Shown: positions 37,400 to 51,399 of the stretch, piece after piece
Numbering within the stretch: position 1 is the first letter of the stretch
Layout: every line of letters starts with the position of its first letter
Assembly: GCA_050273025.1 (NCBI GenBank)
Contig: CP158635.1
Location: 11,718,001 to 11,782,000, forward strand
Source: Cenococcum geophilum
Lineage: Eukaryota
Direction of reading: 5' to 3'
DNA length: 64,000 nt
Translations under genes and position numbers: made by a program
Notes under the pieces: model-generated
What the model saw: the letters and a program-made list of their open reading frames with translations, nothing else
Told to the model about the DNA's origin: nothing
Databases searched by the model: none

Positions 37400-38880
37400 T
37401 ACCCAAAAATGTTTTAGCTGATGCGGTTACTTTTAACGATAATATTATTGCCTTATTACCTTTTTATTAAAGCCCCTTTTACTAAACTTTATATGTTTAT
37501 TATATTTCCCTTAAAGAAATCTATAGAACGTCTTTAATATTTATAGAAAGCTTACCGGAATTCTTACTTAGTTTCTTAGTTTCTTTTTATCTTTATAAGC
37601 CTGTAATATAACTACCCTCCTCTTAACCTTATATATTGCTAGTATAATAGCTTTATTAGTTATTACCGCGATTTGCCCTTAGGCTTAGCTTTTTAATGGT
37701 ATATATATTACGTGACGGAGACACCAATTATAACTCACTTTAATTGTCGTGGATTACTATGCCATGGCTAGCACAATTAGGAAAACTAGAGTTAAAGATG
37801 ATTTAAAAGACGCGCTTATAAGGGAGTGTAAGGAAGAGGTAGAAAACTCCTTAGGCCTATAATAGTGGGATCTAACTATAGCTTTAAACCGATTGCGGCG
37901 ACTATAAGGCGCCTAATTAGATAAAGCTGGACGGTATACGAACTAACCCCCTAAATAGTACTATTGCTATTATTGTCGATATATAAAATAACGTTAGAGC
38001 AGTATTAATCTATAAAAGGCGGGATAGTAAATATAAAGGCGGCGTTAGGATAGAGGACTAAGGATATATAGTAATAGTTCCTTAGAGTAATAATTGGTAT
38101 TACTATAGTATAGGATCTATTAGGCTGGCGTATATTAAGAAGAAGTAGGATATATTTTAGACTTATTATATTATTTGCCAACGCTATATAGCGAAATGGT
38201 TGCTAAGCTCCCTTAAAATAGAAATCGTAATAAATAGCGCAGACTCTACTTTATATGTGTTTGTTAAGTATATCTAGCCTCTAAAATAATTGGATATAAC
38301 TACGCCTTAAGCGTCGGCAACTATAAGCTCGTAAATATCCCCTGTAAATAACGCCGGCTATACTAGTAGGGGATCTGTAGGGGTTTCTAGAGTAATTAAG
38401 CGATAGAACTTTAAGAGCATTATAGTCTTTTATACCTTTTATAGAGTATTTCTTAACTATATCCCTAAGAACATTACACTAATAAGCGCTCTTATGCCCT
38501 TTAAATTTCGAAGGAAGTAAGAGCCTATTATAATCCCTTATACTAGCGACTAAAGATTACCCTAGGCCAACGACGCAAAGTATAACTATTTCGCGGCCAC
38601 TAACCCTTTCGGCCTGCCTTAAAAACTATTAATAATAATTTTATCTTTCCGCGGTCTTTAAAGCGCCCTTTAGTAGCTTTGCTAATAATATAAAGGCGTA
38701 TTAGATACGCTTCCCTTTATTTAGCTTTATACCTTCTTAACATATAATTAATTTAAAGGCCTTAAAAAGCTTCTTTATTGCTATGGCGATGGTTAATAGT
38801 ATATAGCGAGATATTTTTAGCTATATAGGGCCAGATTCTATAATTACTTATAGCTAAAGGGCTATAATATAAACAGTAGT
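37400..38880 (-). pseudogene. Unknown RIP'd gene
   Basis: Long near-open frame FLRQAERVSGREIVILCVVGLG*SLVASIRDYNRLLLP...VLRDIVKKYSI. No domain assigned. Confidence 0.4.
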
Positions 38881-40269
38881 ATCGTAGAAAGTGTTAGAAG
38901 TTGGTTAAAAATTGGTTAAAAGTTTAACGGTATTTGTACTAAGCAGCCCTATAGCGGCTATAGCATTAACCCTTGCTAAAATAATAGCGGCTTGGCATTA
39001 CGGATGCCTATATATCGCCCCAATTAGTTCCTATTTATTAGAACTTTGTTAGAAATTTATTAGAACTTTACTAGAGTAAATAGGGCAACTAGCTAGCTAA
39101 AAGGGGGCTTCTAATAAAGTACAGCACGCTAGTTTATAGAGAGTGATGTAGATAACTACGCGCTATATTAATTTGTAAGACTACAAGTACAAAATATAAA
39201 TAATAATGGCGGCTATAGAGGAGAGCTATAACGTAGCAGAAGCACCTCGCTAGAAGAAGCTAATTAATGCCATCCTCTGCTATAATAAGCGATCCGTATT
39301 ATTAACTCCACTAAACTAGCGCTAAGACGCTATAGACTTTAATATCGTAAGGCAATTCTCTACGCTTTAGGAAAGGCTTAGATATACTATATTCTTAGCT
39401 CCTTCTAATTCTTAAGGATAAACAACTATATACGTCTAGTTTAGGGCTATCCCCTTAGAGAGTAGAAGAAAATTAATAAAGTTAAATCACTGTGGTGGAT
39501 CACTTTATTAGTAATGCTCAAGTTTACATATTAGATGGATTTAGTAATATCCGCTTTTAGGAGATCGTGCGCACAGATTTATAGGCAACGAATATCTGCA
39601 TATAGCCGTTTTGGGATAATCCTTATATCTTTTAATAAGGAATGGTATCTTTACCTAGTAGACCTGTTATTGCTTAGAGTAATAGTAAAATGCTATAAAG
39701 ACTATATAAAAGGATAAGTCTCCCTATCGCCTAGTCTTCTTATATAATCTACTCTCCCTCCTAAATAAGAGCTTCTTACTAAATCTAGCTATACTTGTCA
39801 TTAACTACACAATATATTACTACTATAATTACTTCTTTTACTATAGTGAATGCAGGGCACCGGCTTGGCATATTTAATTAGTACGTAGCTAGGATAAATG
39901 CTAGAGAGCTAAAGCTAATAGGTATTTCTGCCCTAATGCGTTACTAGCTAAAGGTTAAAACGGTAAAGTAATTATAATAGGATTATTAAGGAAAGTGGGC
40001 GAATATCCCTAGTGTCCGCCTTAATTAAAGGTGAGTATAAATTAAAAAAAAAACTTAGATCTCTGCTAATAATATAAGAATACTACTACCTAGCCTTATT
40101 ATTTGCGATTTCTTACCTAGAATATAATAGGGAGTAAAGGAATAAGAGTAAGGGCTATTAGGAGTATAGTAGAATAAAGAATAGTAGAGATGTTAATTTA
40201 CGCGATAAGTCTTAACTAGACAGTAACTGGAAGTTATTAGTATTAAATACCTTACTAACTAAAAATTAT

Positions 40270-41000
40270 ACCTTTAGCCTATACATCCTCTAGCAATTTG
40301 TTTATACTTATATAATCTTAGGCCTAGCACTTAGCAATAATATTGTTAAATGCAGCTAGAGCGGCTAGGTTTAGAAACTTTCCCTTAATATATATATTAC
40401 ATATTTCTTAGTCTAAAAGCTCCTTATATAGCTTTAATCCTATTATTATCTTATAAAAGGTAGAGCTAAGAGTAAACACCTTACTTTTTATAGAGATTCC
40501 TTTAATTTTAGGGTGCTTATAACTAGTCTTATAATAGATAAGAGGGGCTTAACTATTAATTAATAACCTAGCAAAGTCGCCAAGCTTCGCATTAAGCTCT
40601 TTATTAAGGAAAACGTTATTATAAAAAATATCCTTATATAGCACCTATTTAGAGTAAATAAAAGTAATTAAAGCTATAATCTGTTAAATTTAGCAAAGTT
40701 GTAGTGGCAGCGGAACCGGCTTAGCTTATTTTATAAAGTATTATTTTATAGAACTATTATAGGCATACTATAGGATAAGGGCATCCTCTAGGCTCCTATA
40801 AAATTAAAGAATACTATTATAATATTGTCCGAGGCGTTAGTAGATATACTTTTCCCTCTTAATAAATAGCAGCTTAGTAGGCCGGGCGAACTTTATAATA
40901 GCATTAAGACGAGCGACCAGTGCTGTAATTCTAACGCCTATTATATCTTAGCCGTTTAAACTATATAGGTAATAAATAGTATAGTCTGTTAGAGGCATTT
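40270..41000 (-). pseudogene. Small fungal protein-kinase-like gene (RIP'd)
   Basis: Reads VLYKDIFYNNVFLNKELNAKLGDFARLLIN, de-RIP HxDISCNNVFLDKELNAKLGDFAGSSID. Also KSKVFTLSSTFYKI (xSEVFALGSTFYEI) and IIVKC*A (AKCW). Confidence 0.8.
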
Positions 41001-41439
41001 ATAATAGTCGTGATACCTATATATATATATATTAGAAACAAATAGGGAGGGATTCTAATTCTCCTTACTTTATAATTTAGGCGCTTGTATAAAAGACAAA
41101 GGTTTAGACTTAGAATTATCTTTAGTTGGATAAGGCATCCGTTAAGACTTTAAAATATATAATCGAGGTAGGGAGAACAGAGGGAAGTTAAGCGAGAATT
41201 CGGCCTATGCGTAATAGCCCCTGCTAAGCCTCTTACATATAACTTGGTAAGGGCCTAACGATATACTATAATAAAAGCAATAACTAATCCCAAGCTTTTA
41301 GCCAATAAATGGTGGAATTTAAAAATTGGACGGAATTATATTACTAGAAGAAGACGGTACCATCTAATTACTTATCTAATTATTTCTAGAACCTAGACAC
41401 GGTTGCACGATTACCTTAATCTTTAAATGTAGAAACGTA

Positions 41440-41690
41440 GTATAATATAACTAGGCTAAGCGAGAATATAGCTTACGCGAGGCGGTAATTAGAGTTTTAC
41501 CGCTATATATTATATAGAGTATATAAAGAATTTAAATCTATTAGACTGGTAATTATAAGATGCTCCTGCTAAATACGCTAAGGATAAGAATACTAAACTA
41601 GAAATAGACCTCTAAGCTAAAAAGAGCACTATAATCTAAGAACGAGGATATCTTAAAGTATTACCGCTGTCCCTTATATACGGCAGCTTT
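41440..41690 (+). repeat. ~250-bp inverted duplicate of 25645-25895
   Basis: ACTAGGCTAAGCGAGAAT.TAGCTTACGCGAGGCGGTAATTAGAGTTT...CTAAGAACGAGGATATC.TAAAG.ATTACCGC.GTCCCTT matches the reverse complement of 25645-25895. Most differences are transitions. Confidence 0.9.
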
Positions 41691-42240
41691 AAGATAAATC
41701 TTTACTAGACCCTAATTACTATTTTGCATAGTATTAACCTATAAAGATAATAGATTATATTAAGCGGCACTTTAATTAATTACCCCCTAATTCTAAAATT
41801 TTATGCCCCGATCCTACATACAGTGCTGCTAGGGTTATTTTATATTTTAAGTATTACGTCTTTAAGGTTTATTATATTAAACTTCGCGGCTAAGCTTTTA
41901 TTATATATATATTTTTTAAACTTCTATTTTTATTATCTTTATTCCTATAAATTATATATCTTAATACCTTAGCCTTTATGCTTTATATCTATCTTTTACA
42001 AAATTACCCTTATCTATTAAGTCCCCCTTTCTTATTAAAGTAAGCTTTATATATCGCTTTCTACCTACCCTAGTTCTTACGTCTTATTATTTACTATACT
42101 ACTGTCCTGCTACTATACGCCTTATAAAATACCCGAATTCTAATATAAAGAGTAAGAAGAGCACTAGGCGTTATAAGCAGTGCAAATTACAGACTAGTAT
42201 TGATTTAATACTACGCCTAAACCTAGATATAAAGATTTAA

Positions 42241-42425
42241 AAGGTAAAGGCTAAATAACTCTATAAACTAATTTGTAAAAGAAGGGAAACGGTATTTAAA
42301 AAAGCGGAGGAGCTATAATGCCTTAGCAATATAGATATTTATATTCTTATCGGCTATAAAGGGAAACTATTTATATATATATCTACTAAGCGGCCTTTAT
42401 AGCCACTAATAAAAGAACAAATTAT
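42241..42425 (+). pseudogene. SRF-type MADS-box domain gene (RIP'd)
   Basis: Reads KLICKRRETVFKKAEEL*CLSNIDIYILIGYKGKLFIYISTKRPL*PL, matching the MADS consensus KRRxxxFKKAxELxxLCxxDIxxxI...xxYxS...WPP. Confidence 0.78.
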
Positions 42426-42729
42426 AAAGGTTATAAGATATCTTCTTTAAAGCGTTCTAACCTTTATAAAATTAAATATATCCGCCTCTAGTAAAGTTTA
42501 TACTAAAATAAGTAGGTAGGAGGGTACTTAATATAGTTTAGGGTTTTTCCTAAGGTATATACTAGACGGCGCTTTAGGCGATTATAGTCGGCGTCTATTA
42601 AGCCGCTTTGGCATTCTACTATACTATTATTTTTAACTTATCTATTTTTAACTTATTATTTTTTTAAAGACGTTTTTATAATATAATATTAATAGCAGGG
42701 ACTTCTAGTATAATAATATAAGAAATAAT

Positions 42730-43920
42730 AACTATTTTATTATAATTGTTAATCTACCTATTAAACTTTTTAAAAAAATACTTAGTTTCCTGCCTATAGA
42801 AGCGGTAGCGGCTCTCCGACTTATATGCCGACAAGTTAAGTATTACTACTTTAACTATTTTAGTAGTCTCTTTATAACTAAACGCTTTATACTTTCCTAA
42901 CTAGCTCTTAAAACCTTACTAGAAATTTTATAAGGACCCTTTACTAAACGCCTATAGACTCTTAGATTTAGAACTAAATAGCTAAAGTAAAACTAAGACC
43001 TCTAGGTCTGGCCATTAAGCGAAGAATTATATAATAACCCTCTAATAACACAAGATTAGCGTTAGTTTACTATCCTATATAATAACCAAGAATACGCCAA
43101 GAGGTTAGGATTTAGAAGTATAATTCTCTTAGTTATATTACGCAACCTTTTAAACCTGCGTTAAGTCGAAATCTATAGGCCTAAGTTATTAGATTGAACT
43201 CCTAGTTAGGGTATTACAACTATTTGTTAGCAGACTACTACTAAATAGGATATAGATGTTATCGAAACCTTTAAAACCGTTTTAACTGCACTAACTACTT
43301 ATCCTATCCCAATCTTGGAGTTTAAGCTAGATCTATTTAAATTTAATATTAATACTTTAGACAATAGAGTTGACCTTACAGCTCTTTATACGATTTTAGG
43401 TTAGTAATTTAAGCGTTTAAGACTGGCTTTTCAAACCCTTACTACTTTTTAAATTATAATCCGCACCAACAATATCTGTCCTTAGTTGCTGCTAAAAGGC
43501 GTAAAGCTAAGGGATATATAATTAGCTATAAACTTCCTATTAGCTACAGAAAACATCTAAGTCCTTAACTTAGGCTTCTTCTTTAAATTTCTTGGTAATG
43601 CCAGTCCTTTAATTTTTAAAAGCATTACTAAGAGGGTCCGCTTTTTATACCTTAAGTCTTTTGCTCTTTAGCGAGCAACTATTACTAAGGAAACTCTTCT
43701 AAAATTCCTTAAAAATTATCGCTTAATACTTTAAAAGGCTAGCCTTTGGAAAATATACCTATTAAAAGGGGATTAGGATGCTATTCGCGAGTAAATTACG
43801 TTCCTTAATAGTTTAGAGATTGGAAAGGTATAGAATAGTTCTTAGTTACTATATAAGGGATAAGTATATGCAAAAGCAAACTATTTAAATAAAATAGGTA
43901 AATGGCTCTTAACTAAGATA
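42730..43920 (+). pseudogene. F-box protein gene (RIP'd)
   Basis: N-terminal IVNLPIKLFKKILSFLPIEAVAALRLICRQV fits the F-box consensus LPxExxxxIxxxLxxxxxxxLRLVCR. It is followed by Leu-rich segments such as LRNLLNLR*VEI. Confidence 0.72.
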
Positions 43921-44029
43921 TAGTGAAATATCTTTCTTTTAAACTTTACCTTTTAATATACCCCGTAAAGATAGGCCAACTCTCCCTTATCGCACGACTC
44001 GTGCTATATCTAGTTTAGTAGGTATCTTG

Positions 44030-45600
44030 GTTTTTGCTTTAACACTAGTATTAATTAGTTTCTTCTAAGGTAGCTTCTAGACTTCGGTAGCCTTCTAAAG
44101 TTGCTCCTAGGCTTATAGGAGTAACTAAGCTACTAAGGGGCGTTATAGGGGACTAAAAGCGACCATTGCTTTTAAGTCTTTAAATAGTGTCTTATTTGCC
44201 GTAGCTCTAATAATATTAAATACGTCCTGTTAAGATGCCTGCTAGGATAGATCCCTAAGATCCAATCTTATATAAAGAGCCTCCAATCTTAAATAGAACC
44301 TATACTTATCTCTTATATTAAATATAGTAACTACTAATAACTAGACGTCAGCCTTTACTAACTGCCTCTTCTTAGTATAAACCTCCGGTGCTATATAAAG
44401 GCTTATACTATAATACGTTTTTGTAGATATTACCTTATTATAAATGCTAAAATCCCTTAGCCGGAAGTAATGGCTACTAGTAGTGGCCTTGTAGAGAATA
44501 TTAGTAGGTTTAATATCCTAATAGATAAATAAATTCTAATCTAGATAGTTAAGAGCGTAGAGGATGTGGTTAAAGGCGATAGGATAATAGTAGGCATTGC
44601 TTAAGCCGCGGAGATTATCTAATAAACTATCCATAAGTTTAGTAAACATATTAATTGCACTAGTAGTTATCTTATACTATATATATTTAATAATATATAT
44701 TTATAGAAAAAGTTAGTATAGATAAAAATTATTACAACTATATGTCGTAAGAGATTAAACGTATATAAGTAAGACGTACAATGGTCTTAACCTCTTATTT
44801 AATGTGAATTAAATCGGCTTTATCTAATAGAATTAACTTTTTTATAATATACGCACTAAAATCCATATTAAGAGCTTGGAAAACCGCCCTAAACTAGCCT
44901 CTGCTAATGCCCTATAGGGTTTTATATTATATCCCTAGTGCCTTTACAGGAGTATGGATTCTTATTATCTATTAAGATAGTAGAACGGTTGGTACTTCTT
45001 TAACTGTCTACGTAAGCCTAGGGTCCTTTACCCTTTTAGATAAGTCGCTAAGCTAGGTCTCTAACTTTTTTAAAACGTTATCTTTATACTAGAGAAACTT
45101 AAACTAAACTAGTGTTAAAGCCATGCTACCTATTCCAATCTTAGTATTTCTGGTAGGGAGTAGAACAACCTCGTGCTTACGACCAGCCTTAAAGGGGGTA
45201 GGACGCGCCCCTAAGACCTAGGTAGTATATTGGCTGCTATAGTCTTAAAGAAGAATAACTCTACTTTAAAGAATATAGAACTCGTATTAAAGCCTAGAGA
45301 TTTAGGGTTCCTAAACCGTTATATTATAATCTAAACGTCTAATAGTAGTAAGACATTCCAGAGAGTATAAGTTAAGAAGTAGGCCAATATCCAGTCCTAG
45401 GGTATTATTTGGCAATTAGGACACTAGATAACGATTAAGTAGATTTTAGGCTACTTATTCCACTTTTATATTTATTAGCTTTAGTATAAATAGTAATAAT
45501 AGCTAAAGGCATAGATATTATAAATTTATTATTTTTAGAAAAGCTTATTATAGGACTAATAATAAACAGCTTTCTGGATTTAAGTACAGTGCCGTTAATT
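44030..45600 (-). pseudogene. Ser/Thr protein kinase gene with probable N-terminal FHA domain (RIP'd)
   Basis: Reads GISRG*FRAVF (GxGxFG), FIY*DIKPTNILY (HRDIKPxN), LRDFSI (GDFG), YIAPEV and KADV*L. Upstream ISRL*YEF...ILL*DYSSQYT resembles the FHA motifs ISRxH and DxxSxxGT. Confidence 0.78.
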
Positions 45601-46889
45601 TTACTATAATAATGGCCGCCGTACTACCTAAGAAGCGGTATAGTACTATTATCTCTATACTAATAAAGCTTATACAATCTTGTACGCTAAGTATATCTAA
45701 GGTAGTAAGAAAGCCGGATAAAGAGTGGGTTATATAAGGCGTAAGGTTATTCGTTCTGGAAGAAGCTATAATATTATTATTCTTAGTTCTGGTATAGCGG
45801 GCGCAGTAATACGCTACCATGGCTATATCCTAGCGCTTTAGGTCCCTACCCCATATTCGCTACTTAAGGTCGCGCCGTCTTACCTAGATCCCGCATCTTA
45901 CCCACTTTTATCCTTCTATTCCATCCCTTTACCTACGTCTTATTTACCTCTAAGAAGTGCCGGAATGTTATATTCTCTTACCTAAATTTAACGCACCCTT
46001 AAAGTAATTAATTTACAAGATCTAGAGCATAGACGGTATCTTCTTAATAATCCACTACCCCTATATTACTTAGAAGAGCTAACTCGCAGCCCTAGCCCCA
46101 AGCCTATATACGCCATTAACACCTATTAAGTACGCCCTAATTAACGATTTAATTAAAACTAATTTAATAAAGAAGAACGGCTTTACAATAACTATATTAA
46201 AGGGAGACTTAGTAAAACCGGTTTAGATATTAGGAAATTAGCAATAAAGAGAGTAGCAAAACGGTGGAAAGTAGAGGGTATTTAGGATAATAGCTAGGGC
46301 TTAAAACTAACAGCTATTAACCGATAGAAGAATCCAGAAGTAAGCCCTCTACTTATAGCAATCCCTTAATAATAAATACGTAATCGCCTTAAGTAAAGGG
46401 TTACTTAAATATGTTAACAAAGTCCTAATATATATGCTAGCGAAGCTTATATAATAGCGGACCGCTTAAGGGTTACTAAAACTTATAAAAAGCCTAAGGG
46501 TGGACAAAAAAAGAATGCTGCTCTTAAGAACCACGTTACGCTTACCGCAATAATTTAATAAAGTACTCCTATAACTGCTATAGTTCTAGAATAACCCCCT
46601 CTTTAAAGAAGCGTATAAATCTCTAAAAGGCGAGCTTAGGAGCGTGCTAAAGTTAAGGGATATTAGAAGCCGACTAAATTATTATTATATACTAAAGCTA
46701 TTAGGAAGCGGGGTAGGCGGCAAGGGTAAATCTAATACAATTTTATTTCCTCTTAATCCTCTAAAGCTTCTACTATAGTTCTAATTCCTCTATTTATTCT
46801 ATGTATTTTAGCTTATAATCTTAATACCTAAAATTTCCCTTCTAAGCTTGTAATCGTGATTCCTCTAGATCGGCTTATAATGGCGTTAG

Positions 46890-48800
46890 CTTATATATCT
46901 CTACTAGTTAAAACTTAAGGTTTACTAGCTTAATACTATACGCCCTATAGGCTAGGATAAAGTCTTATATCTTATTTTAAATGCCGGTATTTCTAGAGAC
47001 TATATTTATTAGAATAAGATATAAGTAGAAGAGTCACTTTTGTACCTATTATTATTGTTCTTCCCTTCCAACCCTTTAATTGCATAGTTTTATTTTTAAC
47101 TTACTTTCTCCCCTCCCTACTCTTAAATCTCTTAACTACCTTTTCATTTTTAACTTACTTTCTCCCCTCCTCACTCTTAAATCTCTTAACCACCTTTTTA
47201 TACTTAAATTGCTTAGCTAGCAATTTAGGAATATTTACAAAGCCTCTTTTAATTTTAATAGATAACTTTCTTCTAATAATCTCCGGGCTATTCTTCTTTA
47301 TTAAGTCGAAATAAAGAATTTTAAGAACCTAGTTAATTAGACTACTAATAGCCTAACTAGAGTAAGTCTACTTACAAAAGTGCTATCCAACTTAATTAGT
47401 TTATTTATTCTTTATACTACCTAGTCTTTATAGCCTAAAATAAAAATTATAGCTTATAATCTCTAGCAGAATTTAGTATATACTTACTTAGATTATAATA
47501 TTGCTATATTAAAACCATTTTTCTTATAAGGATTGTGCAATCTTAGTAGCCTATAAGAACCTCCCTAATATATAGTAGCTATGCCGCAATTCTAATACCT
47601 TTAGCTATTAGAATTACCGTTCTAAAGTTACCTAGCCTAGAAAGTAATTCATAAGGTCCGTTAACCCAGCTTAGGAACTTATTTTCTTTTTAATGGACTA
47701 ATTTATAGATAAATCCTTATCGGCTATATTCTTCTAAAAGAAGATTAATCTCTATCCTATCTTCGTTCCACCACGTAATTATAAACGAGTGTGTCTGCGT
47801 AAATAACTAGAAGCTTATACTAGGGGTTTAAAGTTAAATATACTAGCCGGCGCGGAAGTCTAATAGCCGGGTAAGCGTAATTGAAAGGTATAAGGTATCT
47901 AAGAGGTGCTATAACACCGTATTTACTCCTAATTTCCTAAACTAGATATTACGGTAAAGTATCTATAAGGTGCGAAGCACTGTTATTATTCTAAGGAGAC
48001 TAAGTACTATAATAGGATAGATTTAATTAAGGCCAGTGCTGGGATTTATATATTATAATATTATAAGCCCTACAAAGACTATAAGAGTATAGTAAGATTT
48101 TAGAAAAATTTCGTAGCAGAACTTTTAAACGTAAGGGAAAAGTATAAGCTAGGTTAATAAGATAAAAGCCTAAATATATCTTAGTTACTTTCTAAAATAT
48201 TTAGATTATAATAAACCAAAAATCCGGTTAAATGGCTGGAATTTTTAAAAGAAAAATTCCGCTATACTAAAATAACTGAAAAGTGGAAAATGCTTTGCAC
48301 TATAGTTATAATAGTAATTAAGCTATAAAGCTGCGTATAGCTCTGTAATAATATACTAATAATATTAGCTGCTAGGCCTAAGGGACTTGCTAAAAAAAGA
48401 GGTATAAAATTAATAATTATAAGCGTTCTAGCTCTTAAGCTAGCATTGGAAAGAGATTATACGCCAAGAATATTACATATAATAGTTCCTAACTAGTATA
48501 TTGCTTAGATTAAGGCCTAGTACCTAGAGAGTGGTATAGTAAAATATAACCCTTAGTAGATTCGCGGGTAAATAAGATGGTTAAGGATAAATATATAAAC
48601 TAATTGATATTTAAAACGAGAGAGAAAAGATAGAAGTTTGAAAATATAGAATATTATAAGGATACCGCCTGCGGTAAGAGTATATATCTTAGCAATCTCT
48701 ATAGTGTTGTGTTTTAGTAAAAGAATAAAGAAAGTATATATACTTCTTCTTTAATCTAAAAATAAATCCCTATATATAAAAACAAAATCTATATTTAAAA
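46890..48800 (-). pseudogene. Ferric reductase-like (FRE; TM + FAD + NAD-binding) gene of the type carried by Starships (RIP'd)
   Basis: Reads INFIPLFLASPLGLAANII (TM part), LDFRAG*YI, TQTHSFIITWW, SWVNGPYE, VILIAKGIRIAA*LLYIREV (GIGIAAQLPY), RKMVLI*Q and terminal NLKF*L (LEFQP). A ~54-bp tandem duplication sits at ~47092-47200. Confidence 0.82.
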
Positions 48801-51399
48801 ATAAAATACTAAAGACTTTTTTATAGGTTTTTTTTAGAATTATATTTATTATAAGCCCTTATTAAGCCCTACTGTTAGTAATATAAGGTAATATCACATA
48901 TCTACAAGTTGTAGGTAGTATGATAATTGTTATTCTATATTTCTCTTGCTTGAAAAAGGGCGAGGAGCTTAAGGCTCCTCGCTACGCTAGTGCCGCGGCG
49001 ATATATAATGGCAACTTGCCTATATTTCTAATACCTACCTTATAAGGATGGGCGCTGCAATCTAAATAGGGCTAGCCTTTACTAAGGCTAAAAAGTACAC
49101 TAAAATATATAAATAAACACTGTGGTTAATCTGGTTTAACCGATTTTATAACTAGTTTAAGCCTTAAAATTGTATTTTAGATTAGTTTTAGCTTTATTTT
49201 TTAAACTTAACCTAACCGTTAATATTACTGGAAAGATAAGGTAGAACTTGTGGAAATTAATATATAGAGCCTAGCTCTATACTAAAGTTCTAATCTTAAC
49301 CTCCTCTAATACAACCTTATCTAACGCGGCTTAGCGTAGCCTATACTATAGCTCCCTCTAAAACGCCTCTAGCGTAGTTCCCTTTAGTATAGCTCTATTT
49401 AGTATATCCTCTTTACCTTCTCTATTAATAGCGGTAGTTCTAGATATACGCCTTAATGCGCCACTATTAAGCCCATTAAGGGTTATATAGCTACCGTTAT
49501 TAGTCTATAATATAAGTTAAAGGGGAAGAAAATAGTACCTATAGGTAGGTGGTGGCTTAAAATATTCTATAGCGTTATCTGCTCCTCTAATTTTCCAAAT
49601 CTAATTACGTATCTTTCTAAAAGTCCTCTAAATAGTATAATTTAGATTAGATAAAAATATTATAATAATGCACATCTTTAAGGTAAAGTAGTTAATTAAT
49701 TCTTTAAATTAAAGTCTTTTAAGGACGTATATATATGCCCTATATTTTTTTATTATTATTATATATATATAGAGTTAACTAAGTTTATTTTTATTCCGAG
49801 ACGTTAGACGTCTTAAACTGTAGTTAAAAGTAGTAAAAGTTATATAATTCCTATCTATACTTTACCAAAATCATAATAATCTTACCTCTATCACTTATCC
49901 CACTATCTCTTTAAGCTCCGCCTCCTCGATTTACTTAGAAAAAGAAATACTATAATCCTCTTCTATACCTTAGTTATATCTTAAACTCTTTCTAAACTTA
50001 TCTTCATTCTAAACTACTATTTAAGTCTCGTTAATTGTTAAACGCTTATTAGCCCTATTTAGAGAACCTAACTTATCGGCCTTAGACTATGCCATCCCCT
50101 TATAAATACGTGATGCTCTAAAATTATATAATAGATTGGTAAGACTTTCTTCTTTTTAATTTAAGAGTAAGAAGGAAATTAACTTAAAAAGAGGTTATAA
50201 GAGAGTTTAGGAGATTAGATTAGCGAACTTATAGATTATTAATACTTTAGATAAGATTTACAAGGCTACTAGAAAAGTATAATATAATAGGCTAAGAAAA
50301 TAAATAAGACTTTTATTTACTAGACTATATAAATAAGAATATAAAATTCCTACTAAACTACTAAATAAAAGTAAGAGTTAATAACATAAAAAGACTAGTA
50401 AAAGGTAAAAGAGAAATTCCCCCGCCATTTACTGGTTGAGTTAAGGGCTAGGGCTAAAGGGTAGGTTAAAAGATAATACTATTAGGGATGCTAGCGTCGC
50501 CCGTTTCTATCTAATAACTCCCTTTAAAATTAGTTAGGTTTATAGGAAATAATATTAGTATTTAATAACTTTTAGCTATCTTAACCGGGCTAGTGCTAGT
50601 AATTCCTCCTTGCTAATGGCTACTCCTAGTATTTAGTTTTATAGTTAACTGTCTAATAATACTGCTTGTCTATAGGGTAAACTATAGTAAATAAGCATTA
50701 TAAAGGAATTCTTCCATATTTGGCCTAGGGTTAATAGCGAAGACTATACTAGCGTGGCAATATAAAACTAGTAGCGTTTATTTACAGAAAAACTATTATA
50801 GACTTATATGTTGGATAAAAAAGGAAATAATATTATCTATATAGTTCTTAGGGTTAAAATAGAGAAAGTTAGTATTAAAAATCCTATTAGGTGTACACGG
50901 ATTCTTAAGTAAGAATTATAATACGGTATAGTTTAGTTTAAGAAACTAAAAGTGGATAATGTCTCTAATAGGCGCGGATATTTGATTTAGGGAAAACATT
51001 AGATTTCTTTAAGTACTAACTTAGACAGTATAGATTGGCGACAAGGAAGTTATAATAGGAGATATAGTCGCCATAATCTTAACGCTAAGCTCAATATCTA
51101 CTTTAAGCTTACCTCCTTTAGGCGTAGTTGCCGGTATATCCGCCCTAACTTTAATCAATAGAGACTAATTAATACTATAATTTATTAGGACTAGATTTCT
51201 GCAGTAACTATAATCTACTTACTTAGTAATTACTTCTAGAGATTAATAGTGTACTGCTATAACCGCGCGTAAAATAAAAAAGAGAAGTATATATATATTT
51301 AGTATTAAGTTTAGGGTATAAGGGCTATTTTAATTTTTATAATTTAGGGAGAAAATTTTTATTAAATATAGTCTTAAGTTCTAAAAATAATGGCTAGAG

